This document shows positions 10,148-20,412 of a stretch of DNA of 64,000 nucleotides, in pieces. Each line of letters opens with the position of its first letter. The first letter of the stretch is position 1. The translations under genes were made by a program, and so were the position numbers. The notes under the pieces are model-generated. The model saw nothing but the letters and a program-made list of their open reading frames with translations, did no database searches and was not told where the DNA came from. The stretch is from Christensenella sp. UBA7703 (GTDB lineage: Bacteria; Bacillota; Clostridia; Christensenellales; CAG-138), in contig DLGD01000019.1 in assembly GCA_002482505.1 (NCBI GenBank), forward strand, positions 35,473 through 99,472, read 5' to 3'.

Positions 10148-10551
10148 GTCCAGAGTTCCGTCCTTGTCACAGTTTCTTTGGTTTGCGTGGAAATTCTCTT
10201 GCGGCGTATTTCTATCGCGCTTTAGATGAAAGATACACCGCTTCACGCGCGCCACACGTCTCCTCATCTTATAAAAGCGCACGGAAAAAGTCAATCGGGC
10301 GGATTGCCGTATGCTTCCGTTTTGTGAAGGAAGCCTGCCATATGCGCTTTTTCGCGTCTGCGAATCGCAGCGCAGTCGAGCCATAGCAAATACCCTACTA
10401 CTCACGAAAACAGGCGTGTTTCGGCTGTGTGTGATAAGAAGTACTGTCTTTCTTGCGGAATATGGTATACTGTTTCGGTTGATGTAATGGATGCAGACAT
10501 GCGAACAATGCAAGCAATACGAGAATTTATAATATAAAGAAAAGAGAAACT

Positions 10552-11784
10552 ATGACATTTCAAGAGATGAACCTCATCCCGCCGCTTATGCAAGCGGTTG
10601 AGGAAGCGGGTTATACAGACCCCTCGCCGATCCAGGCGGAAGCGATCCCCGTCCTGTTGCGCGGGCAGGATATCATCGGTTGCGCGCAAACCGGTAGCGG
10701 GAAAACGGCTGCTTTTGCCCTGCCGATCCTTCAGCGGCTGAGTAAAGAGCGAAACAATCAGATTCGAGCGCTGATCTTAACGCCGACGCGCGAGCTTGCC
10801 ATACAGATTTATGAGACGTTTCGCTATTTCGGCAGGCGTCTGCGTCTGCACTCCGGCGTAGTGTTCGGCGGTGTTTCGCAAAATCCGCAAGTGGACGCCC
10901 TTAGCCGGGGGCTGGATGTGTTGATCGCAACGCCCGGTCGGCTCAACGATCTTATCAATCAGGGGTATATTCACCTGGATCATATTGAGATTTTTGTTTT
11001 GGATGAAGCGGATCGGATGCTGGATATGGGCTTTATCCACGATGTCAAAAAAACGATCAACCTCTTGCCGACACAGCGACAAACCATGTTATTCAGCGCG
11101 ACCATGCCCTCCGAGATCGAGTCTCTTGCGCAGACGCTGTTGAAAAACCCGGCTATGATCAAGGTCGATCCCGTCACGCGTGCGGTGGAAAGCATCGATC
11201 AGCGAGTCTATATGATAGACAAGCTGAATAAACCGCTTCTTCTTGCGGAGTTGCTCCGCACGGAGGATATCAAGAATGCGCTCGTGTTCACCAACACCAA
11301 ACACGGCGCCGACCGCGTGGTACAAAAGCTTTCGCAGGAGGGGTTTGTCGCGCGCGCCATCCACGGAGACAAGGCGCAAAATGCCCGGCAGGACGCGCTC
11401 AAGAGTTTTCGCGACGGGCGCGTGCAGATCCTCGTGGCGACAGACATCGCGGCAAGAGGCATCGATATCCCCGAGCTGTCCCACGTGATCAACTACGATC
11501 TGCCGGATGTGGCGGAAACATACATTCACCGAATCGGGCGTACGGGACGCGCAGGGCTTGGCGGTACCGCCATCAGCTTTTGCAATATTGATCATGTGGA
11601 CAACCTGCGCTCCATCGAAAAGATGACCGGCTTGAAAATCCCGGTGCGGGAATCGCAATGGCCGATGCAGATCTTCGTAAAGACGGTCAAGCAGCAGCGG
11701 CCGCCGCGCACGGAAAAGCAAGCGCCGCAGGGTAAGCGCTTCTCCGGCCCTGCCAAGCCAAAGCAGAGGAAGCCGGAACGGTAA
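10552..11784 (+). CDS. DEAD-box RNA helicase (RhlE-like)
   Basis: Q motif, AQTGSGKT, PTRELA, DEAD, SAT and HRIGRTGRAG. Confidence 0.95.
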   Translation: MTFQEMNLIPPLMQAVEEAGYTDPSPIQAEAIPVLLRGQDIIGCAQTGSGKTAAFALPILQRLSKERNNQIRALILTPTRELAIQIYETFRYFGRRLRLHSGVVFGGVSQNPQVDALSRGLDVLIATPGRLNDLINQGYIHLDHIEIFVLDEADRMLDMGFIHDVKKTINLLPTQRQTMLFSATMPSEIESLAQTLLKNPAMIKVDPVTRAVESIDQRVYMIDKLNKPLLLAELLRTEDIKNALVFTNTKHGADRVVQKLSQEGFVARAIHGDKAQNARQDALKSFRDGRVQILVATDIAARGIDIPELSHVINYDLPDVAETYIHRIGRTGRAGLGGTAISFCNIDHVDNLRSIEKMTGLKIPVRESQWPMQIFVKTVKQQRPPRTEKQAPQGKRFSGPAKPKQRKPER

Positions 11785-11882
11785 ATGTTTTTTGAAGCAA
11801 TGCGAGGCAAAGCTGCATTGCAAGCGAATCCTCTGAAGCGATAGTCCAAAGCCAAAGACCACCCGTCTGGGTGGTCTTTGGC

Positions 11883-11904
11883 TTTGGCGTGCCCGAAAGG
11901 ATTC
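11883..11904 (-). repeat. Duplicated 3' end of tRNA-Arg (att-like direct repeat)
   Basis: tttggcgtgcccgaaaggattc is identical at 11883-11904 and 12072-12093. Confidence 0.9.
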
Positions 11905-12073
11905 CTCCTCTTATCCGACCACTGCTCGCTCACACCGCTTGCAGTTTGGTCGGCTGCGCTCCGCCTGTCGCTAAAAACGCCGACACTGCGGCGTTTTTTT
12001 CACGCGGCTTCGAATCCTTCTGAACAACACACGCCAAACAGAGAAGCCACCCGATTGGGGTGGCTTCTCTGTT

Positions 12074-12150
12074 TGGCGTGCCCGAAAGGATTCGAACCTT
12101 CGACCCTCAGAGTCGGAGTCTGATACTCTATCCAGCTGAGCTACGGGCAC
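12074..12150 (-). tRNA. tRNA-Arg(CCG)
   Basis: Cloverleaf GTGCCCG...TCAGA-CTCCGAC-TCTGA...GGTTCGAATCC...CGGGCAC-G-CCA; 77 nt with an encoded CCA. Confidence 0.97.
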
Positions 12151-12222
12151 AAACAATATTCGCTTTTCTACCGTGAAAACACGCTCAAAATCGGGCAAAA
12201 AACCCGCAAAGGCGCAGAAGCG

Positions 12223-12251
12223 ATTATACCACAGGTTTCTTTTCGTAGCAA
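12223..12251 (-). promoter_or_regulatory. tRNA promoter embedded in the last codons of radA
   Basis: TTGCTA-N17-TATAAT with an extended TG. The radA TAA stop lies inside the -10 box. Confidence 0.7.
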
Positions 12252-13576
12252 TAGGCGATCGCCTCGCCAACGGTTGCGACGGGCACGAGCCTTAGGCCTT
12301 CAATCTTCGGCGCTTTGGCAGCCTTTGGCAGCAGCACGGTATCATACCCAAGCCGGACACACTCATTCAGCCGCGTTTCAATCCGGCTCAGCGCGCGCAC
12401 CTCGCCCGTCAACCCCACCTCGCCAAGCGCGGCGGTTCGCGGCGGCAACGGCAGATCCATCATCGCCGAAGCCACGCAAAGCGCAACGGCAAGATCGGTA
12501 CTGCGCTCGTCGAGTTTGAGTCCGCCGACGACGTTGAGATAGACATCCTTGGTCGAAAGCCGCAGATGCGCCTTTTTCTCCAGCACGGCAAGCAGCAGGC
12601 TCAGCCTGCCTGTATCCACGCCCGCGCTTGTGCGCCGGGGATTACCGAACGCGTTATCGGTGAGCAGCGACTGCACCTCCGCCAAAATCGGACGGCTACC
12701 CTCCATCGCACAGGTGACGCAGCAGCCGGGTGCGGATTCGCCGGAGAGGAAGAGCCGCGAAGGATCGGCAACCTCGCGCATGCCGCCGTCGCCCATCTCA
12801 AACACGCCTACCTCGTTGGTCGAGCCAAAGCGGTTTTTCACCGCGCGCAGGAGGCGAAGGCCTTCATGCCGGTCGCCCTCAAAATAGAGCACGGTGTCCA
12901 CGATGTGCTCCAGCACGCGCGGGCCCGCGATGTTTCCGTCCTTGGTGACGTGACCCACGATCAACACGATCACGCCCGTCTCCTTGGCATAGCGCGTGAG
13001 CCGCGCGGTCACGGCGCGCACCTGGCTTACGCTTGCGGGTGCACCCGCGCTCTCGTCCGAGGAGATGGTTTGAATGGAGTCCACGATCAACACACTGCAG
13101 CGCGTATTGGTCGCCTCGTCCATAATTTGATCCAGATCGGTCTCGCAGAGGATGTCGATGTCGTTTTTCATGCCGAGGCGATCCGCGCGCAGCTTGATTT
13201 GGGACGCGCTCTCCTCTCCGGAGACATACAAAACGACGCCCTCACTGGCAAGCGTGTCCGCCGCCTGCAAGAGAAGCGTCGATTTTCCGATGCCCGGATC
13301 GCCGCCAAGCAGCACTACCATGCCGCGAATCAACCCGCCGCCGAGGACGCGATCGAGCTCGCCCATGCCGGCGGAGACGCGCTTTTGCGGCAGAGAAACA
13401 ACTTTGCTGAGCTTCTGCGAAACGGCCGCTCCGCCGACGGGCGCGCTCTTCACCTTGACCTGCGCAAACTCGGTCATGGTGTTCCAGCTCTCGCACTGCG
13501 GGCACTTGCCCATCCATTTGGCGGACTCATAGCCGCATTCGCCGCAGATATAGGTGACGCGTTCTTTATTTGCCAT
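12224..13576 (-). CDS. radA: DNA repair protein RadA/Sms
   Basis: C4 zinc finger, GDPGIGKST, KNRFG and a Lon-like C-terminal domain. Confidence 0.97.
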   Translation of the reverse strand: MANKERVTYICGECGYESAKWMGKCPQCESWNTMTEFAQVKVKSAPVGGAAVSQKLSKVVSLPQKRVSAGMGELDRVLGGGLIRGMVVLLGGDPGIGKSTLLLQAADTLASEGVVLYVSGEESASQIKLRADRLGMKNDIDILCETDLDQIMDEATNTRCSVLIVDSIQTISSDESAGAPASVSQVRAVTARLTRYAKETGVIVLIVGHVTKDGNIAGPRVLEHIVDTVLYFEGDRHEGLRLLRAVKNRFGSTNEVGVFEMGDGGMREVADPSRLFLSGESAPGCCVTCAMEGSRPILAEVQSLLTDNAFGNPRRTSAGVDTGRLSLLLAVLEKKAHLRLSTKDVYLNVVGGLKLDERSTDLAVALCVASAMMDLPLPPRTAALGEVGLTGEVRALSRIETRLNECVRLGYDTVLLPKAAKAPKIEGLRLVPVATVGEAIAYCYEKKPVV

Positions 13577-13577
13577 G

Positions 13578-14732
13578 TCAACCGACGACCTTGAGATATT
13601 TCCAGAGAGTTTGCGTGGAATCGCTCATATCCCGCCAGAGGGCATAGCTTCCGCCTGCCATCACAAACTGCGCATTGCTGCCTGTTTCGCTGATAACATA
13701 GGTCTTGTCGTCCGCAAACACATAGGCATAGACGGTTTCGTCGCGGCTGAAGACCACGCAGGTCGGCGTAATATCAAAATCGATCACGCCGGATGCCACG
13801 CGTTTTGCCGCGGCGCCGCCGACGCTGATATACAGATCGCTGCTCGTGTCATGGTTTCCGCTCAGGTAAGCCCAGCGGTCGCCCGCGGATTTCGGATCAT
13901 GCACAAAGCTGCCCGCCGCAAAGTCCCAGCGGCTGTTGTCCGCGAGAAGCACGGTGCGAATCAGGCTGCTGCCTGGGCTTTTCGTATCCGCATCCGCAAA
14001 GATCACCTGTCCGCTCTTGATCGAAGGCGCGCTCTCGGCATAGGCGGAGCTTCTCAGCACCGCAAGGGTCAATAGCTCTCCGCTCGTCACGTCGCACACC
14101 ATCACCTTTGCGGTGGTGCTTGCCGTGCGCTCCGTCCAAACCGCATAAGGAGATTCCAAAGAGAGTTTCGGAACATCCATCGCAAACTCCGCCATCACGG
14201 CGGTTTCACCCGTCGTTTTGTCAAGGCGGACAATGCTGCCGCCGCCCGCGCTCTTGCAGTCGGCATACAGGATCACATCCGCGCTCTCCACCGGATAGCG
14301 AATCGTGTCGTTGATCCGCGTAAGCGCGATGTTGACAAACGCGCCGGTCTCTGGATTGAGCCGAACCAGCCGGTCACAAGCGTTCTCGTTTGCGCCCGTG
14401 GCAAAAAGAATCTCGTCTCCAAACACGCTGGGGTCAACCACGGCGGTCGGCAGGCCGTAGCCTTCGCCAAACTGCACGGTCTTGACCTCATTGATCAAAA
14501 TCGGATTCAGCGGAGAGACCGTCTGTTTTGCAGGCTCTGCGGCAGGCGCGTTACCAAGGAGCGGCTGCCCGCTTGTGATGCGTGCGTTGATCAGCGGCAT
14601 CGCGACAAACACGACGACCAGCACCAGCGCCGCGAGCACAGCAAGCGCGACGACCAGCTTGATGAGCGGGCCATAGCTCGTCGCGTCCAGATTCATTTTG
14701 CGCCTTGGCGCATATTTTAAGTTTTTACTCAT
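13578..14732 (-). CDS. Membrane-anchored hypothetical protein, probably a beta-propeller
   Basis: Single N-terminal transmembrane segment, then beta-rich repeats. Probable start MSKNLKY. Ends 1 nt before the radA start. Confidence 0.7.
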   Translation of the reverse strand: MSKNLKYAPRRKMNLDATSYGPLIKLVVALAVLAALVLVVVFVAMPLINARITSGQPLLGNAPAAEPAKQTVSPLNPILINEVKTVQFGEGYGLPTAVVDPSVFGDEILFATGANENACDRLVRLNPETGAFVNIALTRINDTIRYPVESADVILYADCKSAGGGSIVRLDKTTGETAVMAEFAMDVPKLSLESPYAVWTERTASTTAKVMVCDVTSGELLTLAVLRSSAYAESAPSIKSGQVIFADADTKSPGSSLIRTVLLADNSRWDFAAGSFVHDPKSAGDRWAYLSGNHDTSSDLYISVGGAAAKRVASGVIDFDITPTCVVFSRDETVYAYVFADDKTYVISETGSNAQFVMAGGSYALWRDMSDSTQTLWKYLKVVG

Positions 14733-14913
14733 ACGTTTCACGCCTTTCATTTTACCGCAAGCAGCAACCCCGGTCAACGAAAGAAAGCGTGAACGAATGC
14801 GATGTTGGCATAAAACAGATCCTTGCATCACGCTTGTGATTCCTGCTTTTGCGAGACTACAAAATATGGTATCATGATGAGTGAATATACCACATTGGAG
14901 AATTGAATTTTTC

Positions 14914-16671
14914 ATGGCATACCGCGCGCTCTATCGCCAATATCGCCCCACCCGCTTTGCTGACGTCATCGGGCAGGAGCACATCACCACAACGCTGAAA
15001 CATCAGGTGTCGTCGGATCGTCCGGCGCATGCCTATCTGTTCTGCGGCACGCGCGGCACGGGAAAGACCACATCGGCACGCATCCTTGCGCGCGCGGTCA
15101 ACTGCCTGAGTCCCGAGGATGGCGAACCCTGCGGCAAATGCGAAGCGTGCCTGATTACCGCTTCCGAGGGTGCATCCGACATCACCGAAATCGACGCCGC
15201 GAGCAACAACAGCGTCAACGACGTGCGCGACCTCATCGAAAATGCGCAATATGCGCCCTTAAAACTCCGCCGCCGCGTGTTTATCATCGACGAGGTGCAC
15301 ATGCTCTCCGGCGCCGCGTTCAACGCGCTGCTCAAAACACTGGAAGAACCTCCCGAACACATCCTCTTCATCCTCGCGACCACAGAGCCGCAGAAGCTGC
15401 CCGCAACGATCATCTCCCGCTGCCAGCGGTTTGATTTTCACAGGCTCTCGATCACCGATATCAATAACACGCTCACGAGCGTGCTCTCCCGCGCGGGTGC
15501 GTTTATCGAAGACGGAGGACTGACCCTGATTGCGCGCGCGGCGCAGGGCGGCATGCGCGACGCGCTGTCGCTAGCCGACCAGTGCCTCGCGTTCTGCGGG
15601 GACAACGTGACCACGAAGAACGTTTACGACGTGCTGGGCAGCATGGAGGATGCGTTTTTATTCGATATGTCCAAGTCGCTTCTCGCCTCCAACGCGCCGG
15701 AAACGCTGCGGATGCTGGACTCCATCATGCAGGCGGGGCGCGATCTTTCCGTATTTGCCGCTGACCTTGCGGCGCATTTTCGCGCGCTGCTTCTCGCCAA
15801 AACCTGCGGCAGATGCGAGGATTTGCTGGACTGCACGGAAGACGCGATGACGCGGTATCTGGAGCAGGCAAAGGGTGCATCGGAAGCGCGGCTGATGCTC
15901 GCACTGGATCGCCTGATCGCCGCGCAAAACGACATGCGCTATCTGCCCTCTCCGCGCGCACTGCTTGAAAGCGCCTTGGTACACATCTGCCGCCCGGAGG
16001 ATACGGTTTCGCTGGCAAATATCGAAGCGCGGCTGGATCGCCTCGAAGCGCAGATGAAGGAAGGGATTCCCGCGCCGATTCCCGCAAGGCAGCAAGCTTC
16101 GCCGGAACCCGCGAAACAGAGTAAAACAGATACGCCTGCGGCGCACGCCGAAAAAAAGCAAGAGTCGAAACCTGCAAAACAGGAGCAAAACGAAAACGAT
16201 GCGCCCTGGACGGACTTAACCCCTCCGCCGGAGGAATGGGTACCGGAAGACGACGATACACTTCCCCCGCAGGAAGAGATCGTCAAAATCGCACCAAAGC
16301 CGGAACCCAAGCCGGAGAAGGTCTCACACACGCCAAAGCCCGCCGCCAAGGCGAGCGGGAGCAACGATGCCGCCGCCATCTGGCGAGAGGCGATTGCAAA
16401 TATTCCCAACATGTTTGTGCAGGCGCTGGCAAGAGAGGCCGTTGCGCTGCATTTTGAGCAAAACGCACTCACCGTCGGCTTCACCGAAGCACAGGAGATG
16501 AAGCACAAGAGCCTCTCCGCGCCGATCAATTTCGAGCCGACGCAGCGCGCCTTGCAGACGATCAAACCCGACGCAAAGCTCGTGATCACCACCACGAAAG
16601 CAGCCCCTGCCAGCGGACAGGCGGAGGAGCTCGCCAAAGCGTTGTTTGGAGACAAACTCACAATACAATAA
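14914..16671 (+). CDS. dnaX: DNA polymerase III subunit gamma/tau
   Basis: ALYRQYRP, GTRGTGKT, IDEVHML and SRCQ; ATG at 14914. Confidence 0.97.
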   Translation: MAYRALYRQYRPTRFADVIGQEHITTTLKHQVSSDRPAHAYLFCGTRGTGKTTSARILARAVNCLSPEDGEPCGKCEACLITASEGASDITEIDAASNNSVNDVRDLIENAQYAPLKLRRRVFIIDEVHMLSGAAFNALLKTLEEPPEHILFILATTEPQKLPATIISRCQRFDFHRLSITDINNTLTSVLSRAGAFIEDGGLTLIARAAQGGMRDALSLADQCLAFCGDNVTTKNVYDVLGSMEDAFLFDMSKSLLASNAPETLRMLDSIMQAGRDLSVFAADLAAHFRALLLAKTCGRCEDLLDCTEDAMTRYLEQAKGASEARLMLALDRLIAAQNDMRYLPSPRALLESALVHICRPEDTVSLANIEARLDRLEAQMKEGIPAPIPARQQASPEPAKQSKTDTPAAHAEKKQESKPAKQEQNENDAPWTDLTPPPEEWVPEDDDTLPPQEEIVKIAPKPEPKPEKVSHTPKPAAKASGSNDAAAIWREAIANIPNMFVQALAREAVALHFEQNALTVGFTEAQEMKHKSLSAPINFEPTQRALQTIKPDAKLVITTTKAAPASGQAEELAKALFGDKLTIQ

Positions 16672-16719
16672 CCACAAATAGTGTATCGTACTATAGAGAT
16701 ATTTCAGGAGGAACTTTTT

Positions 16720-17067
16720 ATGGCAAAAGGCGGATTTCCCGGCGGAATGGGAGGCATGGGCGGCGGCAACATGCAGCAATTGATGATGAAAGCCCAGAAG
16801 ATGCAGCAGGACGTTGCCCGCGCACAAGCCGAGCTCAACGAGCGCGAATTCACCGCGAGCAGCGGCGGCGGCATGGTCAGCGTGACCGTGACCGGCAACA
16901 AGGACGTGAAGGCAATCGTCATCAATCCCGCGTGTGTCGATCCCGACGACGTCGAGATGCTGCAAGACCTTGTGCTCTCCGCGGTCAACGAGGCGCTCCG
17001 TACGGCGACCAAGACTGTTGAGGACGAAATCGGTAAAATCACGGGCGGACTGGGGCTTGGCCTGTAA
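16720..17067 (+). CDS. ybaB: YbaB/EbfC nucleoid-associated protein
   Basis: AQKMQ, GGGMV and [11 protein letters not shown]; dnaX-ybaB-recR synteny. Confidence 0.93.
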   Translation: MAKGGFPGGMGGMGGGNMQQLMMKAQKMQQDVARAQAELNEREFTASSGGGMVSVTVTGNKDVKAIVINPACVDPDDVEMLQDLVLSAVNEALRTATKTVEDEIGKITGGLGLGL

Positions 17068-17069
17068 AT

Positions 17070-17666
17070 ATGCTCACCATTGAACCCATCGTCCGGCTGA
17101 CAACCCAGCTTTCGCGCCTGCCCGGAATCGGGCAGAAGAGCGCGCAGCGGCTTGCTTACCATATTCTGGATACTCCGCTGGCGCAGGCGCAGGAACTCGC
17201 GGCCGCTATTATTGCCGCGCGCGAAAAGGTCACGGATTGCCCGATCTGCGGAACGTATACGGACGTGAGCCCCTGCGGCATTTGCGCGGACACCAACCGC
17301 GACGGCAGCGTGCTCTGCGTGGTTTGCGACGCAAAGGATGTCGTCGCGATGGAACGCACGCGCGAGTTCCACGGAAAATATCACGTGCTGCACGGCGTGC
17401 TCTCTCCCGTGGACGGCGTTGGGCCAAACGACATCCGCATCAATGAGCTGGTCGAGCGCGTCAAGGCGGGCGGAGTGAAAGAGGTCATCCTCGCGACCAA
17501 TCCGGACGTGGAAGGCGAAGCGACCGCTTCCTATATTGCGCGGCTGCTCAAACCTATGGGAGTTAACTGCACGCGCATCGCCCACGGTATCCCCATCGGC
17601 GGCAATCTGGAATACACCGACGAGGTCACGCTGGCAAAGGCGATGGAAGGCAGACGGCAACTGTAA
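17070..17666 (+). CDS. recR: Recombination protein RecR
   Basis: [14 protein letters not shown]4 zinc finger and Toprim [11 protein letters not shown]. Confidence 0.97.
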   Translation: MLTIEPIVRLTTQLSRLPGIGQKSAQRLAYHILDTPLAQAQELAAAIIAAREKVTDCPICGTYTDVSPCGICADTNRDGSVLCVVCDAKDVVAMERTREFHGKYHVLHGVLSPVDGVGPNDIRINELVERVKAGGVKEVILATNPDVEGEATASYIARLLKPMGVNCTRIAHGIPIGGNLEYTDEVTLAKAMEGRRQL

Positions 17667-17832
17667 AAACGCCTTTCCCGCTCATTACAAAATAGCACAA
17701 AAATGGAGCTGTCTTCACTGGCAGCTCCTTTTGCGTGGCAATTTTATTACTATTTTGGGTTTCAGGCGAGGACGGGACGCGAATAAAGAATCCGGGCGGA
17801 TTCTCCCTCGCGTTCAATCTCTTGGCGTTCTG

Positions 17833-17861
17833 GTAGCACGGGCGGATACTATCCGCCCGCG
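17833..17861. repeat. REP-like palindrome
   Basis: GTAGcacGGGCGGATACTATCCGCCCG; similar copies at 32052, 48678 and 48791. Confidence 0.7.
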
Positions 17862-17916
17862 CCAAAAAACACAAATACCAAGCCGCATTCTCGGCGGTAT
17901 GTTGTTTCCCTCCATC

Positions 17917-18921
17917 TCACAAACATACCCGAAACGCCGTCGGCAGCGCGTGGGATTCGTCCAATACGATCCAGCCCTCTGGTAAAATGTTTGCCGAAAC
18001 GTCGGCGGCGCAGACGCGCATGTGCCATTCGATATGCGTGAAGATGTGTTTGCGTTCATAGAAGCGCAGTTCGCCAACGGGCAGAATACCGTGCTCGCCG
18101 AGCCAAAGCGCGGCTTCGGCATCAGACAATTCCCCCGCAGCTTCCGGCAACTGCCACAATCCCGCGAGAAGTCCGCTTTCAGGCCGCCGAAACCCGATCA
18201 ACCCGCCATCGATCGAAAGCGCAAAGACGGTCTTTCGCTCGATCTTTCGCGCTTTTTTCGCGGAAAGTAGCGGCAGTTCCGCCGTCCTCCCTGCGCGATA
18301 GGCCATGCAGTCCTCCCGCACGGGGCATCCTGCGCACTTTGGCTGCCCGTTTGGCAGGCAAACGGTCGCACCCAGCTCCATCAACGCCGCGTTGAACGCG
18401 CCGGGATTTTGGGCAGGCACGAGCGGCAGCAAAAACGCGCGCACCTCTTTCTTAAACGCAAGATCGCGGATATCCCGCTCCACGTCAAAGAGACGCGCAT
18501 AGACGCGCAGCACATTCCCATCTACGGCGGGTACCCGCTCACCAAACGCGATAGAGGCGATTGCCCCCGCGGTGTATTCCCCGATGCCGGGCAGGGTGAT
18601 CAATTCTTTATATTGCTGCGGCATCTGCCCGCCGAAACGGGAGATAATTTCACCAGCTGCTTTTTTCAGATTTCTTGCGCGGCTATAGTAGCCCAAACCT
18701 TCCCAGAGCTTGTGCAGGCGGTCGTCGTCTACGTTTGCCAGCGCGTTCACATCCGGAAGCTCACGCAAAAACCGTTCGTAATACGGAATCACGGCGGCAA
18801 CGCGCGTCTGTTGCAGCATGATTTCGCTGATCCAGACGGCGTAACCATCCCGCGTCCTGCGCCAGGGCAGATCCCGCGCATTGTGTTGATACCAGTTGAG
18901 TAAAGAAGAAATCCAGTTCAT
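17917..18921 (-). CDS. mutY: A/G-specific adenine glycosylase
   Basis: RDLPWR, SEIMLQQT, WEGLGYYSRARNL, HhH LPGIGEYT and the Fe-S cysteine motif. Confidence 0.95.
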   Translation of the reverse strand: MNWISSLLNWYQHNARDLPWRRTRDGYAVWISEIMLQQTRVAAVIPYYERFLRELPDVNALANVDDDRLHKLWEGLGYYSRARNLKKAAGEIISRFGGQMPQQYKELITLPGIGEYTAGAIASIAFGERVPAVDGNVLRVYARLFDVERDIRDLAFKKEVRAFLLPLVPAQNPGAFNAALMELGATVCLPNGQPKCAGCPVREDCMAYRAGRTAELPLLSAKKARKIERKTVFALSIDGGLIGFRRPESGLLAGLWQLPEAAGELSDAEAALWLGEHGILPVGELRFYERKHIFTHIEWHMRVCAADVSANILPEGWIVLDESHALPTAFRVCL

Positions 18922-19069
18922 AACACCAGTATACCATACAAGTTTCCCGCAATTTACGTGAAAAATGCGCGGAGAAAGCGCAAGAATTGTGCTATACTGT
19001 GTTTTTGAAGAAGACAGATTCCTGCAAAATTGTAAGGAATTTACACAAAACCACAGAGGTGAAGAAAAA

Positions 19070-19639
19070 ATGGATTACACGGAATTAACCCGCCAGGCGG
19101 CAGAGGCCGTTGACCACCTGCTCGCGAGCGCCCAATACTGCAAAGGCGACATCTTCGTCATCGGTTGTTCGACGAGCGAAATCGTCGGAAAACGCATCGG
19201 CTCCGCCTCCAGCGAAGAAGCGGCAAAAGCCGTGATGGACGCGATTTTGCCGAAGGTGACGGCGGCGGGTTTATATTTGGCAGTGCAGGGCTGCGAACAC
19301 ATCAACCGCGCTATCTGCACCAGCCGCGCCTGCATGGAACAATACCGCCTGCAGGAAATCTGGGTGCGCCCGTGGCTGCACGCAGGCGGCGCGTTTGCAA
19401 CCGAGGCGTTTAACCGTATTCCCGATCGGGTCATGGTGGAAAACGTGGACGCAAAAGCCGCGCTTGGCATGGACATCGGCGGCACGCTGATCGGCATGCA
19501 TCTGCATCCCGTCGTGGTGCCCGTGCACACGGAGCAAAGAAAGATCGGCGAAGCTTCGTTCATCCTCGCAAAGACCCGACCCAAATATGTCGGCGGCCCG
19601 CGCGCACAATATCAGCAGGACGAACCTGCCCACAAATAA
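19070..19639 (+). CDS. UPF0340/YwlG (TIGR01440) family protein
   Basis: IGCSTSEI, QGCEHINRA, HAGG, DIGGTLIGMHL and RPKYVGGPRA. Confidence 0.9.
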   Translation: MDYTELTRQAAEAVDHLLASAQYCKGDIFVIGCSTSEIVGKRIGSASSEEAAKAVMDAILPKVTAAGLYLAVQGCEHINRAICTSRACMEQYRLQEIWVRPWLHAGGAFATEAFNRIPDRVMVENVDAKAALGMDIGGTLIGMHLHPVVVPVHTEQRKIGEASFILAKTRPKYVGGPRAQYQQDEPAHK

Positions 19640-19771
19640 GCCCTGATTTCTACCAAATGTGGTGTCTTTGAGGGTGATGAAACACAGCATAAAGTAGACG
19701 ATTGAGCGCATAAAACACACAAAAAACGCCTAATCATTGGATTTGTTCGGACATTTATACGAAAAAATACA

Positions 19772-19801
19772 TTGCAATTTTACAATTGGGTGTACTATAC
19801 T
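19772..19801 (+). promoter_or_regulatory. Sigma-A promoter for the raiA-motif RNA
   Basis: TTGCAA-N18-TATACT ending 6 nt before the RNA P1 stem. Confidence 0.6.
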
Positions 19802-19807
19802 AACTTT

Positions 19808-20039
19808 GGTATCCGCGTATCGGGTCTGTGGTTGAAAATCGATGCCAGTCGCAGGCAAAACGATCCACGTAAGCGGGCAAAGCCCCGTGAGCATGGTGCG
19901 GTCTAGAAGTAAGTCCAACCGAAGCATATCAAAACATGCATTTCGAGAGAGGCAGTAGTGAGAGGCACATCGCCGGGTAGCGACACTTCCAGTTGGCGGG
20001 TGTGGGGGCAAAAACCAGGTCAGCCGGCACTCGGATATC
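19808..20039 (+). ncRNA. raiA motif RNA
   Basis: Contains blocks recognised as raiA-motif conserved segments: GTGGTTGAAA-TCGATGCCAGTCGCAGGCAAAACGATCCACGTAAG, GAGCATGGTGCGG-TAGAAGTAAGTCC, GTAGTGAGAGG, CCGGGTAGCGA-ACTTCCAG and GTGTGGGG-CAAA-ACCAGGTCA. The ends pair (ggtatccg/cggatatc). Confidence 0.9.
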
Positions 20040-20076
20040 AAAAAAATTTCACGAACCGAAAAGGGGAAAAAGCCAA

Positions 20077-20349
20077 ATGTTCCAAGACAAAACACTGGTA
20101 TGCAAGGATTGCGGTAAGGAATTCGTCTTTACGGCCGGCGAGCAGGAGTTTTACGCGGAGAAAGGGTTCCAGAATGAGCCTGTCCGCTGCAAAGACTGCC
20201 GTTCCAGCCGCAAGACCACGCGCAGCAATGATCGCGAGATGTTTGATGCGGTCTGCGCGGAATGCGGGGCGCCAACCAAGATCCCGTTCCAACCCAGAAA
20301 CGACCGTCCCGTGTATTGCAGCAATTGCTTCCAGAACCACAAGCGCTAA
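20077..20349 (+). CDS. Zinc-ribbon protein (zf-trcl plus CxxC-x17-CxxC domain)
   Basis: DKTLVCKDCG..FVFTAGEQEFY..KGF.NEP.RC..CR and CAECG...PF.P...RPVYCSNC. Confidence 0.92.
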   Translation: MFQDKTLVCKDCGKEFVFTAGEQEFYAEKGFQNEPVRCKDCRSSRKTTRSNDREMFDAVCAECGAPTKIPFQPRNDRPVYCSNCFQNHKR

Positions 20350-20412
20350 CGCATTCCCCTTATTCCGTTCTCGGATATAATCGGAATCAGTAGTTCACAA
20401 AAACGACCTGAG

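Noticed and set aside
19993-20076. N-terminal extension of the zinc-ribbon ORF
   Set aside because: It overlaps the raiA RNA, and the ATG at 20077 has an RBS and gives the family-typical N-terminus.
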